A stretch of DNA of 64,000 bases from Sedimentisphaerales bacterium (GTDB lineage Bacteria > Planctomycetota > Phycisphaerae > Sedimentisphaerales > SM23-30). Position 1 is the first letter of the stretch, and every line of letters starts with the position of its first letter. A model generated the notes under the pieces. The model made no database searches, was not told the DNA's origin, and saw nothing but the letters and a program-made list of their open reading frames with translations. Below, piece after piece: positions 1-9,808 of this stretch. The translations under genes were made by a program, and so were the position numbers. Location: contig CAXXMR010000003.1 of NCBI GenBank assembly GCA_963663805.2, positions 1-64,000 of the forward strand, read 5' to 3'.

Positions 1-543
1 AGCAAAGCCATCGACAATGAGGAAGAAGAAAAAATCGTCCGCAGTTTCGGTTTTCTTACCCTAAAACCTTTGTTGGTAGTCCTTAATGTTGACGAAGATA
101 AGGTCAACACTCCCTCGTTCGTGAGTAGCGAAGATGCCGGCGGCGAAGTTATGGTTCTGGCTGCTACTCTTGAAGCTGAACTGGCCGCCCTGGAAGAAGA
201 TGAACGCGGCGTCTTCATGGAAGATATGGGCATCAGTACCATCGCTCGCGACCGGCTTGTAAAGGCCTGTTATAGTGAGGTTAAGCTCATTTCCTTTTTG
301 ACCGCCGGTGAGGATGAGGTGCGGGCCTGGAGCATTCCGAGGGATTGCCCCGCGGTCGAGGCTGCCGGTGCCATTCATTCGGATATTCAGCGGGGCTTTA
401 TCCGCGCTGAAACCGTTGCCTATGATGACCTTATCGCTGGTGGCGATATGAAAGGTGCCAAGGCCGCTGGTAAGGTTCGGCTGGAAGGCAAGAGCTATGA
501 GGTCCAGGATGGCGATATTATTAATTTCCGGTTCAACGTTTGA
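1..543 (+). CDS. ychF: Ribosome-binding ATPase YchF, C-terminal part (gene starts before the window)
   Basis: LISFLTAGEDEVRAWSI, AAGAIHSDIQRGFIRAE and GKVRLEGKSYEVQDGDIINFRFNV are the YchF TGS-domain motifs. Confidence 0.95.
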   Translation, partial: SKAIDNEEEEKIVRSFGFLTLKPLLVVLNVDEDKVNTPSFVSSEDAGGEVMVLAATLEAELAALEEDERGVFMEDMGISTIARDRLVKACYSEVKLISFLTAGEDEVRAWSIPRDCPAVEAAGAIHSDIQRGFIRAETVAYDDLIAGGDMKGAKAAGKVRLEGKSYEVQDGDIINFRFNV

Positions 544-573
544 TAGTTACAACTTTGTGGAAATATGTGAGTT

Positions 574-1817
574 ATGCTTAAAGCTCTGATTGTCGGTATT
601 GGCGATGAACTGACTCTGGGCCAGACGGTTGACACCAACTCAGCCTGGCTCGCCGAGCAATTAGCCCAAATCGGGGTGATTCCTCTCGAGCATGTAACGG
701 TAGCCGATGACCAGAATAAAATCGCTGAACATCTGCGGCGGGGCGGTGATTGGGCCGATGTGATTATGGTTAGCGGCGGGCTGGGGCCGACCGATGACGA
801 CCTCACCAGAAATGCTCTGGCGGAAGTTTTGGGGGTGGATTTGCATCTGGATGAGCAGGTGTGGGCGGCCATTCAGTCTTATATCGAGGGGATGGGCCGG
901 GCGGTAAGCCCGACCAATAAGATACAGGCCATGATACCGGCGGGGGCTGAGGTTTTGCCTAATTCGTCCGGGACCGCGCCGGGAATGGCGGCCCAGATAG
1001 GGAGAGCCAGGGCGTTTTTTGTGCCCGGTGTACCGCGGGAGATGCGTAACCTGTGGCAGCAGATTATTCGGGAGCGGGTAGTGAAGCTCGCTGCTGCTAG
1101 AGGTTCAGCCAAAGTATTTATAACTCGTAAGTTGCATACATTTGGCGCCGGTGAGTCCACGGTCGCCCAGATGATAGAGGGGGCTGATGGAGCGGGGGCG
1201 TAATCCGCTGGTTAATTGTACGGTGGCCAACGGGGTGGTCAGTTTACGGATAAATGCTGAGGCAGAGTCGGAGCGGGCCGCTAGAGAAATGATTGGGCCG
1301 GTGGAGTTGGAATTACGTAAACGTCTGGGAGAGCTGGTTTTTGGGGTCGATGATGATACTCTGGCCTGGGTGGTTTCCCAGAAGCTGCGGGAAAAGGGGC
1401 AGACTGTTGCGACCGCCGAGAGCTGCACGGGGGGGATGCTGGCTAAGACGCTAACGGATTTAGCGGGTTCCAGTGATATATTCCGCTGCGGCTGGGTGGT
1501 TTACAGCAATGAAGCCAAAATGAATCTGCTGGGAGTAGATGCGGAGATAATCGCCCAGCACGGTGCGGTAAGTGAGCCGGTGGCCAAACAACTGGCAGTG
1601 GCGGCAAGGCAAATAAGCAGGTCCAACTGGGCCTGGGGAATAACCGGCATAGCCGGCCCAGGCGGCGGCAGTGCGGAAAAAACGGGTCGGGCTGGTGTAT
1701 ATCGCCTTAGCGGGAGGGGAGGGTGTTCGAGTGGAGAAGTGTATATTTCCAGGCGACCGGGCTAATGTCCGTTTGTGGGCGGTGAATACAGCGCTTAATC
1801 TGCTTCGCTTGGCTTAG
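574..1817 (+). pseudogene. cinA: CinA (MoCF-like domain + NMN deamidase PncC domain), split by two +1 frameshifts, probably sequencing errors; about 413 aa when repaired
   Basis: IGDELTLGQTVDTNS, SGGLGPTDDDLT, PGVPREM (574..1203) and ATAESCTGG, ITGIAGPGGG (1187..1765). Removing one G from G5 at 1179-1183 gives MIEGLMERGRN. Removing one base near A6 at 1677-1682 gives VGLVYIAL...ALNLLRLA with stop at 1817. Confidence 0.9.
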
Positions 1818-3390
1818 CACTAGCAATGGTTGGGTGGTATGTCGGGATGTGCTTTTCGGTCATCATTTTTTCTAGGTTGCTATACCTTACATTTGGCATA
1901 TTTAGCATTCTTGTGGCTATTTTTTCAAATAACTTAGATTGCTTATTGGCAAAGTAATAATGATATTGTTTTTTTGTTTTTTTGATTACGGCTATGGCAA
2001 TATAGTCGTGATTTATCATATAATCGTTTAGAATTATGCGTGTCCGCATTTTTGGGGCATATTTCCCTGATTCAGAATATACGACCAGCATAACCAAATC
2101 AGGGTTTAGGTCAACCAGTAGCTTCTCAGACAAGCCATTATGGGCGATTTCTTCCGAATTTAGCCCTAGTTCGTCCACCGCCTTCCAGCCGGAATAAAAA
2201 GGAAGAGCGCCAGATTCTGAGATGTACATTGTGCCTTTAATATCAGCTAGTGCTTTGCCTGCTGCAACACGATCTTTGTGAGTCCTAAATTCTTGTTCGT
2301 TATAAACTTTAGAAACTAGACGTATGTTCCACAGGGTTAAGATTATAGCAACTGCCAAAGCAAAACTAGTTTTAGCTATTTTGCCAGAAAAGAGGCTAGG
2401 CATTTTAAAGCTAGAGAAGTAATATGCTGCTGCAACTAAAAATGGCGGGTAAACAGGGAAAATGAATCTCCAGAAAAACCCTTGGACATATGGGTCAATA
2501 GTTAATACATAGAGGCCAAAAAATGAAAGTCCTGTCAGGATAGGGGCTATTTTGAAAAATTTGTCTTTATTCCAATATTTTCCGGCCAGAAAAGCGATTA
2601 TTATTAAGTATGGAAAAAGAATTTTAGTTACGAAAGAATAGGCATAATTAAGCCCGTCGGCATTATGTATCCCAAAACTGCCAATTTTTATGTAAAACGT
2701 GTTAGGGAACGTGTATCCAAAATAGCTGATGCGCCAAGTCATATATGTTGCTGCGAGGATGGCAAAAAGACATCCCATTTTCAAGAGTTTGTTTAGAGCA
2801 GGATAGTTCCTTTTTGCGATAGATATACCAAGTAGGCCAACTAGTATGCCAGCGTTAAATGGTATGGTGTCTGGTCGTGATAAGGCGCTCAGTAATGCTA
2901 GGGTGTACCAGTACCAAACATATCTGGGCGATGGTTCCTTAAGTACTTTAATACTTATTACCGCTGTACTAGTCAACAGCAGGCATGTTAGTGTTGTTTC
3001 CATGCCCTGCATCGACAAGAAGGCAAATTCGGGGCATGTCGCTATTGCTGCTGTAAATATGAAGACCAGAGACCAGTGTGATTTTTCAGCAGTATAAGCG
3101 ATGAGCCAGATTATCACCAACGCCGAGATTATTGAAATTACCTTGGAAAAAATTACCGGATCAAGCTTAAGCCTGATTGCAAACGCATTGAGAATGACCC
3201 ACAGAAAACTTGTAAAACCTTCAACCGGGTCTTCGCCTATATTCCAGACAATTCCATGCCCATCAGCAAGATTTTGTGAATATCTATAGGTGATAAAAGA
3301 GTCGTCAAGGACAAAGTCCCAGAACAAAGAAAACAGAAGCAACATGGCAACAGAGCATATGATTCCTACCGATATTGACTTAGCATTCAT
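1795..3390 (-). CDS. Polytopic membrane glycosyltransferase, GT-C fold (arabinofuranosyl/mannosyltransferase-like)
   Basis: DDSFITYRYSQNL...GEDPVEGFTSFLW loop, GMET, RPD, PNTFYIK motifs, many TM segments, C-terminal soluble domain (GALPFYS...DELGLN); visibly AT-rich. Confidence 0.7.
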   Translation of the reverse strand: MNAKSISVGIICSVAMLLLFSLFWDFVLDDSFITYRYSQNLADGHGIVWNIGEDPVEGFTSFLWVILNAFAIRLKLDPVIFSKVISIISALVIIWLIAYTAEKSHWSLVFIFTAAIATCPEFAFLSMQGMETTLTCLLLTSTAVISIKVLKEPSPRYVWYWYTLALLSALSRPDTIPFNAGILVGLLGISIAKRNYPALNKLLKMGCLFAILAATYMTWRISYFGYTFPNTFYIKIGSFGIHNADGLNYAYSFVTKILFPYLIIIAFLAGKYWNKDKFFKIAPILTGLSFFGLYVLTIDPYVQGFFWRFIFPVYPPFLVAAAYYFSSFKMPSLFSGKIAKTSFALAVAIILTLWNIRLVSKVYNEQEFRTHKDRVAAGKALADIKGTMYISESGALPFYSGWKAVDELGLNSEEIAHNGLSEKLLVDLNPDLVMLVVYSESGKYAPKMRTRIILNDYMINHDYIAIAVIKKTKKQYHYYFANKQSKLFEKIATRMLNMPNVRYSNLEKMMTEKHIPTYHPTIASAKPSEAD

Positions 3391-3668
3391 GGAAATAACC
3401 CATCATTATTTCGTAACCGCCTAACAAGTTTATCTGGGATTGTTTGTTTTGTCCAGAAAAAAACTGGCTTTATGTAGCTCGATATTTGGGCTTTAGTTGA
3501 TATTGCAGAGGTTTTCTTGGGTATTTAATATGGTGGTTTAGTTTTTAAGAGAAAAAGCATCAATAATTCCTATATTACCCATATTTCGTATATTAACTTT
3601 TTTCACCTGAGAATTTGTTTGAAATAGCATTTACGCGTGATTTTGACAGGATTTTAGTGAAAATCATC

Positions 3669-3696
3669 TTGACCGCCACGCAAAATAGACTAGAAT
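3669..3696 (+). promoter_or_regulatory. Putative sigma70 promoter upstream of the prepilin-type gene
   Basis: TTGACC (3669-3674), 16-nt spacer, TAGAAT (3691-3696). Confidence 0.45.
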
Positions 3697-4045
3697 ACAA
3701 GTGGATAGGATAGTGGCTGCGGGTGTACACGCAGGGCAAAAGATAGTTTATTTGGGTATTATATATTTTTTCTTTTTTGTTGATTGATTTTTGCCCTCCT
3801 CAAAGACATGCCTGAATGTGCCTGCCTTTTTATGATATATCGGATTTGTCGCTGTATGCGCCGGTGGATAGTCCGATAAAATCCCATTTTGTACAATTTA
3901 ATAAGATGATGATCCGGGCGTGGTGTCCGGTGAGTGTCTGGGCTTTGGTGTTCTCTGTGTTGGAGAACCGGCTATTATGGTCATTTATACCTGTTTTTGG
4001 CCCAGATGCATTGTTTTTTAACAGCTTTTATTAAGGAGAACTGTT

Positions 4046-5053
4046 ATGGCAAAGCGTAAAGGTTTTACATTGATCGAGTTGCTCGTTGTAGTTGCGATCA
4101 TCGCGCTTCTGGTTTCAATCTTGCTTCCGGCTATCGGTCGGGTGCGTGAATTGGCCAAACGCGTACAGTGCTCGACGCAGTTGCGGGCAATTGGTACCAG
4201 TATTGTGCTGTACCAGAATCAGAATCGGGATAGTAACCCGACGGTATATCAACGTACTGTTCCCCTTACTGCTATGAGTTTTGGTTTGGCGGGTTATGGC
4301 ATTGATAAGCCCCGTTGGTACAATGACGGCGGTGTTTGGGATGACAAGAACGGAAATGATGGCTGGTCGAAGGTCTCCACTACTGGTGGTTGTTTGTGGT
4401 TACTGGTTCGTGAGACCGATTTGACCAGTAAGATCTTCCAGTGCCCCAGTGCCAGCAATGCTGAGCCAGTGGATATGGCCGATGTTCCAGCGAACCAAAC
4501 TCACATTGGTACTGAGCAGGATCTGATAGATTTTCCCACCAGTGATGCTTGTTCTTATTCTTACAATGATCCGTTCTTTCGCTTGCTGGATGCCTCTTCC
4601 AGTCCGGCTTTAGTAATTGCCGCAGATAAGAACTGGGCGTATGACAACAATAGTGGTGACGGTTCGAAGAACGATATGACTGGTTTTCCGACCACTGGTC
4701 CACAAAAGGGCGACCCCGCTGCTCTGTCTGCAACTTATGTAGAGATGGATTCGGATGAATGGACAGATATGGATGGCGATAACCTATACCACGGTAATTC
4801 CAAGAACCATCAGACTCAGATGCAGAATGTTCTTTATGTTGACTGCCATGTCAGCAAAGAAGACACGCCCTGTGTTGGTCTGAGCCAGGATAATATTTAC
4901 ACTTATTGGAGTGTTTCAGGAGCTGCAGGGCCTAATAGTATCGATCTGGAAGATAAGATGGGTGGTTCTTGGGCTGGTTCCAATGGTACCCAAATGGACT
5001 TCTCTGGTACTGGGAGCGATGCTCATATTGAAGACAGCTACCTGGGCTTCTAA
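4046..5053 (+). CDS. Prepilin-type N-terminal cleavage/methylation protein (DUF1559-like, H-X9-DG-type C-terminus)
   Basis: KRKG^FTLIELLVVVAIIALLVSILLPA, C..QLRAIG, FQCPS, NHQTQMQNVLYVDCHV; AAGGAG RBS upstream. Confidence 0.9.
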   Translation: MAKRKGFTLIELLVVVAIIALLVSILLPAIGRVRELAKRVQCSTQLRAIGTSIVLYQNQNRDSNPTVYQRTVPLTAMSFGLAGYGIDKPRWYNDGGVWDDKNGNDGWSKVSTTGGCLWLLVRETDLTSKIFQCPSASNAEPVDMADVPANQTHIGTEQDLIDFPTSDACSYSYNDPFFRLLDASSSPALVIAADKNWAYDNNSGDGSKNDMTGFPTTGPQKGDPAALSATYVEMDSDEWTDMDGDNLYHGNSKNHQTQMQNVLYVDCHVSKEDTPCVGLSQDNIYTYWSVSGAAGPNSIDLEDKMGGSWAGSNGTQMDFSGTGSDAHIEDSYLGF

Positions 5054-5111
5054 TTTTTGTTTAAGTTGCCGGGTTTTTCGTGAATCTGGCGGTTTAAGCT
5101 ATGTTGATAAT

Positions 5112-5150
5112 GCAAGGCCGTTCCATTTTTGGGGCGGTCTTGCTTTTTTT
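5112..5150 (+). terminator. Rho-independent terminator after the prepilin gene
   Basis: Stem GCAAGGCCGTTCC / GGGGCGGTCTTGC (with G-U pairs) followed by T7. Confidence 0.7.
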
Positions 5151-5204
5151 ATGATATTGTGCATAATATCCGGTGATTTTTAAGTTAATTTCCAGGAGAC
5201 TGGC

Positions 5205-6632
5205 ATGAAGATATTACTGGTATATTATGACATAGCGACCGGGCCGGGGGGGCAGTATTATGAGGGGATCGCGTCTATATCGAGTTCATTGAAGAGTCGC
5301 GGGCATGAGGTTCGTTTTTTTCATATAGTTGACAAAATCGACTCTGATGCATTTATGACGAGGTTTGAATCTGATTTCAGCGATGTGGATATAGTGGGCT
5401 GCTCTACGACGACTCATGCTTTTCCTGTGGTGGCGGGTTTTATGCAGGCGATGAAGAGCCGGTATGCTGATAAGCCGGTGATTTGTGGTGGGGTTCATCC
5501 TACTGTCGCGCCGGACGAAGCGATTAACACGCCGGGGATAGATGTAATTTGCATCGGTGACGGCGAAATTCCTTTTATGGAGTTGTGCGAACGTATGGAG
5601 GGTGGACTTGCCTACGATGATGTAGCTGGATTGTGGATAAAGCGGGGCGATGAGATAATCAAAAATCCGGTGCGTTGTCGAGTGGCGAATCTTGATGAGC
5701 TGGCTTCGCCGGACCGTAAGCTTTTTGAATGGGAGAAGACTTCGCGTTATCTCAGCAAGTCGGTGATTTTCATGGCGTCGCGGGGCTGTCCGTTCAAATG
5801 TACATATTGTTCCAATCATGCTCTTAAAGCAGCTACCGATGAGGGGGGCGGGCCTTATGTTCGTTTCAAATCGGTGGAGCGGATAATAAGTGAGATAGAG
5901 GATTTTCTGGCGGGTCATGCTGAGGTTGAACAGATTCATTTTGACGATGATATTCTGACATTGCGAAAATCGTGGTTTAAGGAATTCGCGGAAACTTTCA
6001 AGCGGCGAATTGGTTTGCCTTATAGCTGTAATGTGCGTTTTGATCTTTTGAGTGAAGAGTCAGTGACGCAGTTGGCTGAGAGCGGGGCACGGGAAGTTCG
6101 TGTGGGGTTGGAGAGCGGCGATGACTATATTCGTAACGAAGTAATGAAACGTCGCCAGGAACGCGGTCAGATTTTGCGGGCTGCTAAATGGCTGAATGAT
6201 CGAAAAATCGGGATATATGCTTATACGATTGTCGGTTTACCGTTTGAGACACTTAAACGTTGTTTGGAGACTGTGAAATTGACGGCTTTGCTCAAACCTG
6301 TTTTTGTGCAGAACCATGTATTTTATCCGTACCCCGGCACTGTGCTATATCAGGTTTGTCGGGATGAGGGTTTTCTTAGCGAACGAAAAGTAGATAGTTT
6401 TTTTGATGCTGGTACGGTTCTTGATTTGCCAACGTTCACACCGGATAAAATTAATTTTGCCCGGAAATATTTTTATATTTTTGTTGGTCATTATCGAAAC
6501 GTATTTAAAAAGCCTCAGCCGTTACGATTTATTTTGGAGAAAGGTCTGGATTTTATGTGGCTGCATCCGGGTATTTTCACTCAATTGAACCGTGTGTATC
6601 AATATTTCCGGAAACGCCGGGTCAAAGGCTGA
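5205..6632 (+). CDS. B12-binding domain radical SAM protein (class B)
   Basis: N-terminal cobalamin-binding region (CGGVHPT, IGDGE), SRGCPFKCTYC CxxxCxxC motif, FDDD, GLESG, PYPGT. Confidence 0.9.
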   Translation: MKILLVYYDIATGPGGQYYEGIASISSSLKSRGHEVRFFHIVDKIDSDAFMTRFESDFSDVDIVGCSTTTHAFPVVAGFMQAMKSRYADKPVICGGVHPTVAPDEAINTPGIDVICIGDGEIPFMELCERMEGGLAYDDVAGLWIKRGDEIIKNPVRCRVANLDELASPDRKLFEWEKTSRYLSKSVIFMASRGCPFKCTYCSNHALKAATDEGGGPYVRFKSVERIISEIEDFLAGHAEVEQIHFDDDILTLRKSWFKEFAETFKRRIGLPYSCNVRFDLLSEESVTQLAESGAREVRVGLESGDDYIRNEVMKRRQERGQILRAAKWLNDRKIGIYAYTIVGLPFETLKRCLETVKLTALLKPVFVQNHVFYPYPGTVLYQVCRDEGFLSERKVDSFFDAGTVLDLPTFTPDKINFARKYFYIFVGHYRNVFKKPQPLRFILEKGLDFMWLHPGIFTQLNRVYQYFRKRRVKG

Positions 6633-6633
6633 T

Positions 6634-8232
6634 ATGGAAGCTAATCTAAGTGCAAAAAAAGTTTTAATCATCGGGATTGATGGTTTTTCCTGGCGGGCGG
6701 GCAGAAACCTGATGGCTGAAGGTGTGATGCCTAACCTTGCTCGTTTAGTTGAAACTGGCTGTCATGGTAATCTCCTTAGCACAATTCCTTTTACGACTGC
6801 CCCGGCCTGGTCGTCTTTTATGACCGGGTGCAATCCTGCCAAGACCGGTGTTCTGACGTTTCATAAATTTGACAGAACCCAGAAGAAACTTCAGCTTAAT
6901 AGTTTTGCGGATATCGCGGTTCCTTCTATGTGGCAGGTCGCTAGTGATGCTTCTCGTCGGGTCATTTCGATAAACATGCCTTTGACTTACCCCGCACCGC
7001 GGATTGAGGGGATAATAATACCAGGTTTGCTGTGTCCTGAATTTTCGGCGGAAACGGTGTCTCCTGGTTGGGCCTATGATAAATATATTAAACCGGCGGA
7101 GGGGTATCGGGTTGTAAACAGCGGCAGTGTACCTATTGTGGAGGAATTTATTAATCAGCAAATCGCTACCGAGCGGGTCAGAGGTGCAGTTGCCGGTCGG
7201 ATGATTCGGGAAGAACAATGGAATCTATTCAGTTATCAGATTCAAAGCAGTGATCATGTTCAGCATAGGCTTTGGGGTATTTTGACGGGTGATTCCTTAC
7301 GGGCGGATTTGGAAGAAGTGTATCGTTTTTACAAAGCTTGTGATGAGGTTATCGGTGATTTGGTGACAGCGGCAGGGTCTGATGCTGTGGTAATGGTTGT
7401 TTCGGATCATGGTTTTACCGGTGTGACTTATAATCTTCGTTTGAATGCCTGGCTGCGTAAGAAGGGCTTCCTTAATATTCGTCAGAAGTCGCGGACGAAG
7501 TGGCAGATATTTAAAGATTCATTAAAAGCTAATGTGCCTCTGGCGGGCAGCATGCTTCATCTGTGGGGGCGATATATGGGTGGCAAGAAAGAGTTGTTTT
7601 CGGAGAAGGCCTCGGGTGAGGCGCTTGCTTCCATATTGGACATGGATCGGACCAGGGCTATTCAGGTCGCTCATCTTACGGGAATGCTTTATTTGAATGT
7701 GCCGGAGACTGAACGCTCAGGATTAGCGGTCAGATTGCGGAAGGATTTAATGGGCGATTTAGGTCCGGGTACGGAACCTCAGATTATCGCACGGATAGAA
7801 AAAGGGACAGAAACTTTTTCGGGTTTGGATGAACAAGCCGCCCCTGATCTGGTGCTTCACTACTGTGATGGGGTATTAGGCCATCTTGACGCATTAACTG
7901 ATGATGTGATTTCCGGTATTATAAATGAAGAAGGGGCATTGGGGTTGACCGGTACCCATGAGCGGGAAGGTGTTTGGGTTGTTTCGGGGAAGGGGGTGAA
8001 GCCGGGCGTTGATTTTGATTCTTCTATTGTTGATATCGCTCCTACGGTATTGGCGGCGTTGGGTGTGGCGGTGCCGCGTTATATGGATGGGCGGGTGTTG
8101 AGTGAGGTTTTTACGGAGCCGCCGGTGGTTGAGTATTCTGATACGAAGGAAACCGGTGGGGCTGAGGGCAATTACAGTGTCGAGGAGCAGGCGGAGATGG
8201 AAAAGCATCTGCGGGATTTAGGGTATATGTAG
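6634..8232 (+). CDS. Alkaline phosphatase superfamily protein (type I phosphodiesterase/nucleotide pyrophosphatase-like)
   Basis: IIGIDG, STIPFTTAPAWSSFMTG, DHVQH, VSDHGF, GTH, DIAPTVL; ATG 6634 lies 1 nt after the radical SAM stop; ends LRDLGYM. Confidence 0.85.
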   Translation: MEANLSAKKVLIIGIDGFSWRAGRNLMAEGVMPNLARLVETGCHGNLLSTIPFTTAPAWSSFMTGCNPAKTGVLTFHKFDRTQKKLQLNSFADIAVPSMWQVASDASRRVISINMPLTYPAPRIEGIIIPGLLCPEFSAETVSPGWAYDKYIKPAEGYRVVNSGSVPIVEEFINQQIATERVRGAVAGRMIREEQWNLFSYQIQSSDHVQHRLWGILTGDSLRADLEEVYRFYKACDEVIGDLVTAAGSDAVVMVVSDHGFTGVTYNLRLNAWLRKKGFLNIRQKSRTKWQIFKDSLKANVPLAGSMLHLWGRYMGGKKELFSEKASGEALASILDMDRTRAIQVAHLTGMLYLNVPETERSGLAVRLRKDLMGDLGPGTEPQIIARIEKGTETFSGLDEQAAPDLVLHYCDGVLGHLDALTDDVISGIINEEGALGLTGTHEREGVWVVSGKGVKPGVDFDSSIVDIAPTVLAALGVAVPRYMDGRVLSEVFTEPPVVEYSDTKETGGAEGNYSVEEQAEMEKHLRDLGYM

Positions 8233-8235
8233 GAT

Positions 8236-9783
8236 TTATCTGCGGGGGTAGAGTTTGCGGAAGAATTCGCGGGCGGTTTCTCTTTCGAAGCTGTCGAGCG
8301 TCCACCATGAGCAAAGCCAGAACGCCAGGCCGTTGATAATAGCGACTGGCAACAGATAACGCATCTGTCTGAGGTGCAAAAAGTGGTTCTGGACCATCAG
8401 CAGGACGATATATCCGATGGTAATCGGTAATAGTCTGCCGCAGGCGTTCCAGTAGGTTTTCCAGATGGGGATTTTCAAGGCTTGTCGGAAATAAATATGG
8501 TATATGCAGCGCATCAGGACCAGCGGGATGGCCGTGCCGAAGGCTACGCCGTAAACTCCGAAGAATTTTGCGAGTATGATGCTTAGTATCAGGTTCAGCA
8601 GGGCCATGGCGAGGAACGTGTAGGCGGGGAAGTGGTGCTTGGCCAGGCCAACGACGATGTGGTTGCCGGCGAAGTGGGCGATGGCGAGAATCTGGGGGAT
8701 GGCCATGATGACGAAAATCCAGTAGGTGGTCTGGGAGCTTTGGCGGGCGTAGTCTGAGCCGAGCCAGAGGCGGAAGAACTGTTGGCCGAAAATAATCAGG
8801 AATAGCAGAATGGGCAGCGACAGAATCAGGGAAAATCTCATGCCGCGTGCGAATAGCTCGGAGATTTTATGAGAGCGTTTATCAGGCGGCAGTTCGCCCA
8901 GTTCGCTGGCGACGGGCATTATGGGTGCCAGGGCTGACATGCTCAGGCGTCGGAGGGTTTCCAGCAGATTAAATCCGATAGCGTAAATGGTAATCGCTTC
9001 GGCGGGTGACGCGATGGTTTCGCTGATTACCAGGTTGTCGATGCGGTAGAACAGGAGCTGGCTGATGCTCATTATAAAGCTGAAGAAACCGAAATTGAGC
9101 AGTTGCCAGGTCATGGGACGGCTGCTGAGTTTGAAGGAAAGTCTGAATTTGAATATTCGAAACAGAAAAGCGGTTGAAGCGATATTGCTGGTTAGGCTGA
9201 TAGTCAATCGGCAAATTGCCATACCGATTAGTCCATAGCCGAGTTTCATCGAGGCGACGGTGCCCAAAGCCCAAAGAATCGAGCAGCATAATTGCATGAA
9301 GTTATTGAAATCGTAACGCTGCAGGCCGTTCAGGGTAGCGGTTATGGGCAGAAAAGGAATTGTCAGGATGAGATTTGCTGACATGATGATTAATGCCAGG
9401 CGGTTTTGGTTGAACTGGCCGTCGGTATGCAGGGCGTTGAAGATAGGTGATATGCCGCATAATATTATCGCGGCAACTAAGGTGAGTAAGGTTAATATCA
9501 GAAACAGGCGTAGGGCGGAGTTGATGGTTTCTTCGAGTTTTTGCTGATTATTCTGGGCTTGATACTTGGCGATGTATTTGGTTACTGCTCCGGTGCCGCT
9601 GCCCTGGACAATGGTGAGGCAGCCGGTCAGGGAAAGAATCAGGAACCAGACGCCGTATTGTTCGAGGCCGAGCTGGTTTTTCAGGTAAGGCGTCAGAAAG
9701 AAGAATATGATGACATTAGCCAGTGTAACGGTTATACTGGTGGCGATATTTTTGACGATTTGCCTGTTGCGGGCTTCTTTCAC
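8236..9783 (-). CDS. Oligosaccharide flippase (Wzx/MOP family)
   Basis: About 12-14 TM helices, LGLEQYGVW, RIDNLVI, FGVYGVAFGT. GTG at 9783 preferred to TTG 9876, which overlaps cysN. Confidence 0.85.
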   Translation of the reverse strand: MKEARNRQIVKNIATSITVTLANVIIFFFLTPYLKNQLGLEQYGVWFLILSLTGCLTIVQGSGTGAVTKYIAKYQAQNNQQKLEETINSALRLFLILTLLTLVAAIILCGISPIFNALHTDGQFNQNRLALIIMSANLILTIPFLPITATLNGLQRYDFNNFMQLCCSILWALGTVASMKLGYGLIGMAICRLTISLTSNIASTAFLFRIFKFRLSFKLSSRPMTWQLLNFGFFSFIMSISQLLFYRIDNLVISETIASPAEAITIYAIGFNLLETLRRLSMSALAPIMPVASELGELPPDKRSHKISELFARGMRFSLILSLPILLFLIIFGQQFFRLWLGSDYARQSSQTTYWIFVIMAIPQILAIAHFAGNHIVVGLAKHHFPAYTFLAMALLNLILSIILAKFFGVYGVAFGTAIPLVLMRCIYHIYFRQALKIPIWKTYWNACGRLLPITIGYIVLLMVQNHFLHLRQMRYLLPVAIINGLAFWLCSWWTLDSFERETAREFFRKLYPRR

Positions 9784-9808
9784 TCCGAAATCCTGAACGG
9801 GGTTATTT

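Noticed and set aside
2939..2950. TTAAGTACTTTA, similar to the LacI operator
   Set aside because: Lies mid-gene in AT-rich sequence about 50 kb from the regulator; likely chance.
3725..3800. CACGCAGGGCAAA resembles the start of a c-di-GMP-I riboswitch
   Set aside because: The GAAA tetraloop stem and GACGCAAAG elements that should follow are absent.
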